NCBI GenBank assembly: GCA_031420735.1
Contig: JANONH010000279.1
Coordinates: forward strand, 1 to 35,343
Reading direction: 5' to 3'
Length of the DNA: 35,343 nt
Origin: Methylibium sp.
Lineage (GTDB): Bacteria > Pseudomonadota > Gammaproteobacteria > Burkholderiales > Burkholderiaceae_C
The translations under genes were made by a program, and so were the position numbers. Shown one piece after another: positions 35,081-35,343 of this stretch (its first letter is position 1; each line of letters begins with the position of its first letter). The notes beneath the pieces are model-generated. The model had not been told where the DNA came from. It ran no database searches and saw only the letters and a list, made by a program, of their open reading frames with translations.

Positions 35081-35343
35081 ATGCAAAGCCTCGCCCTCGT
35101 CAACCTCGAGCCGCTCGGGCGTTTTGCCGCGCTCGGCCTCATCGTCGCGCTCGGACCGCTTGCCTGGGTCTGGGTGCGCACGCGCGCTCAGGGCGCGTGC
35201 GCACGGCTGCAGGCCCTCACCCTGCTCACGCTCTTCCTGACCTTCGACCTGGTGCTGTTCGGCGCTTTCACCCGGCTCACCGATTCGGGACTCGGCTGCC
35301 CCGATTGGCCGGGCTGCTACGGCAGCGCCAGCCCGCTCGGCGC
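35081..35343 (+). CDS. ctaA: Heme A synthase (COX15/CtaA family), 5' part
   Basis: Manual translation ...LTFDLVLFGAFTRLTDSGLGCPDWPGCYG; runs off the window end. Confidence 0.88.
   Translation, partial: MQSLALVNLEPLGRFAALGLIVALGPLAWVWVRTRAQGACARLQALTLLTLFLTFDLVLFGAFTRLTDSGLGCPDWPGCYGSASPLG

Overview
High-GC core-chromosome segment that looks like a Burkholderiales betaproteobacterium (inferred from gene order and protein style). It has four blocks. (1) A long minus-strand housekeeping run: ThiD-like kinase, hemL, mpl, YqiA-type esterase, RNB-family RNase, TonB-C protein, aroE, mtgA, a conserved hypothetical, a TlpA-like thioredoxin, aroQ-accB-accC-prmA and a truncated zinc-ribbon protein. (2) A divergent plus-strand rubredoxin-pilG-pilH-pilI-pilJ-chpA type IV pilus chemosensory cluster with no pilK/chpB. 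(3) trmL and comF on the minus strand, divergent from a BioC-like methyltransferase-fold gene. (4) An A1-type cytochrome c oxidase cluster (coxB with fused cytochrome c, coxA, a 36-aa ORF, ctaG, coxC, SURF1, SCO-like, start of ctaA). I found no rRNA, tRNA, CRISPR array, transposase, integrase or defence system, and no clearly novel multi-gene system. The best leads are an ~86-bp structured intergenic repeat in two ~90%-identical copies, a motif-degenerate ThiD paralog sharing a symmetric TACAAT inverted repeat with the rubredoxin-Pil/Chp operon, a probable bidirectional leaderless promoter at comF, and other degenerate enzyme folds. All product calls are from motif recognition, not database searches.
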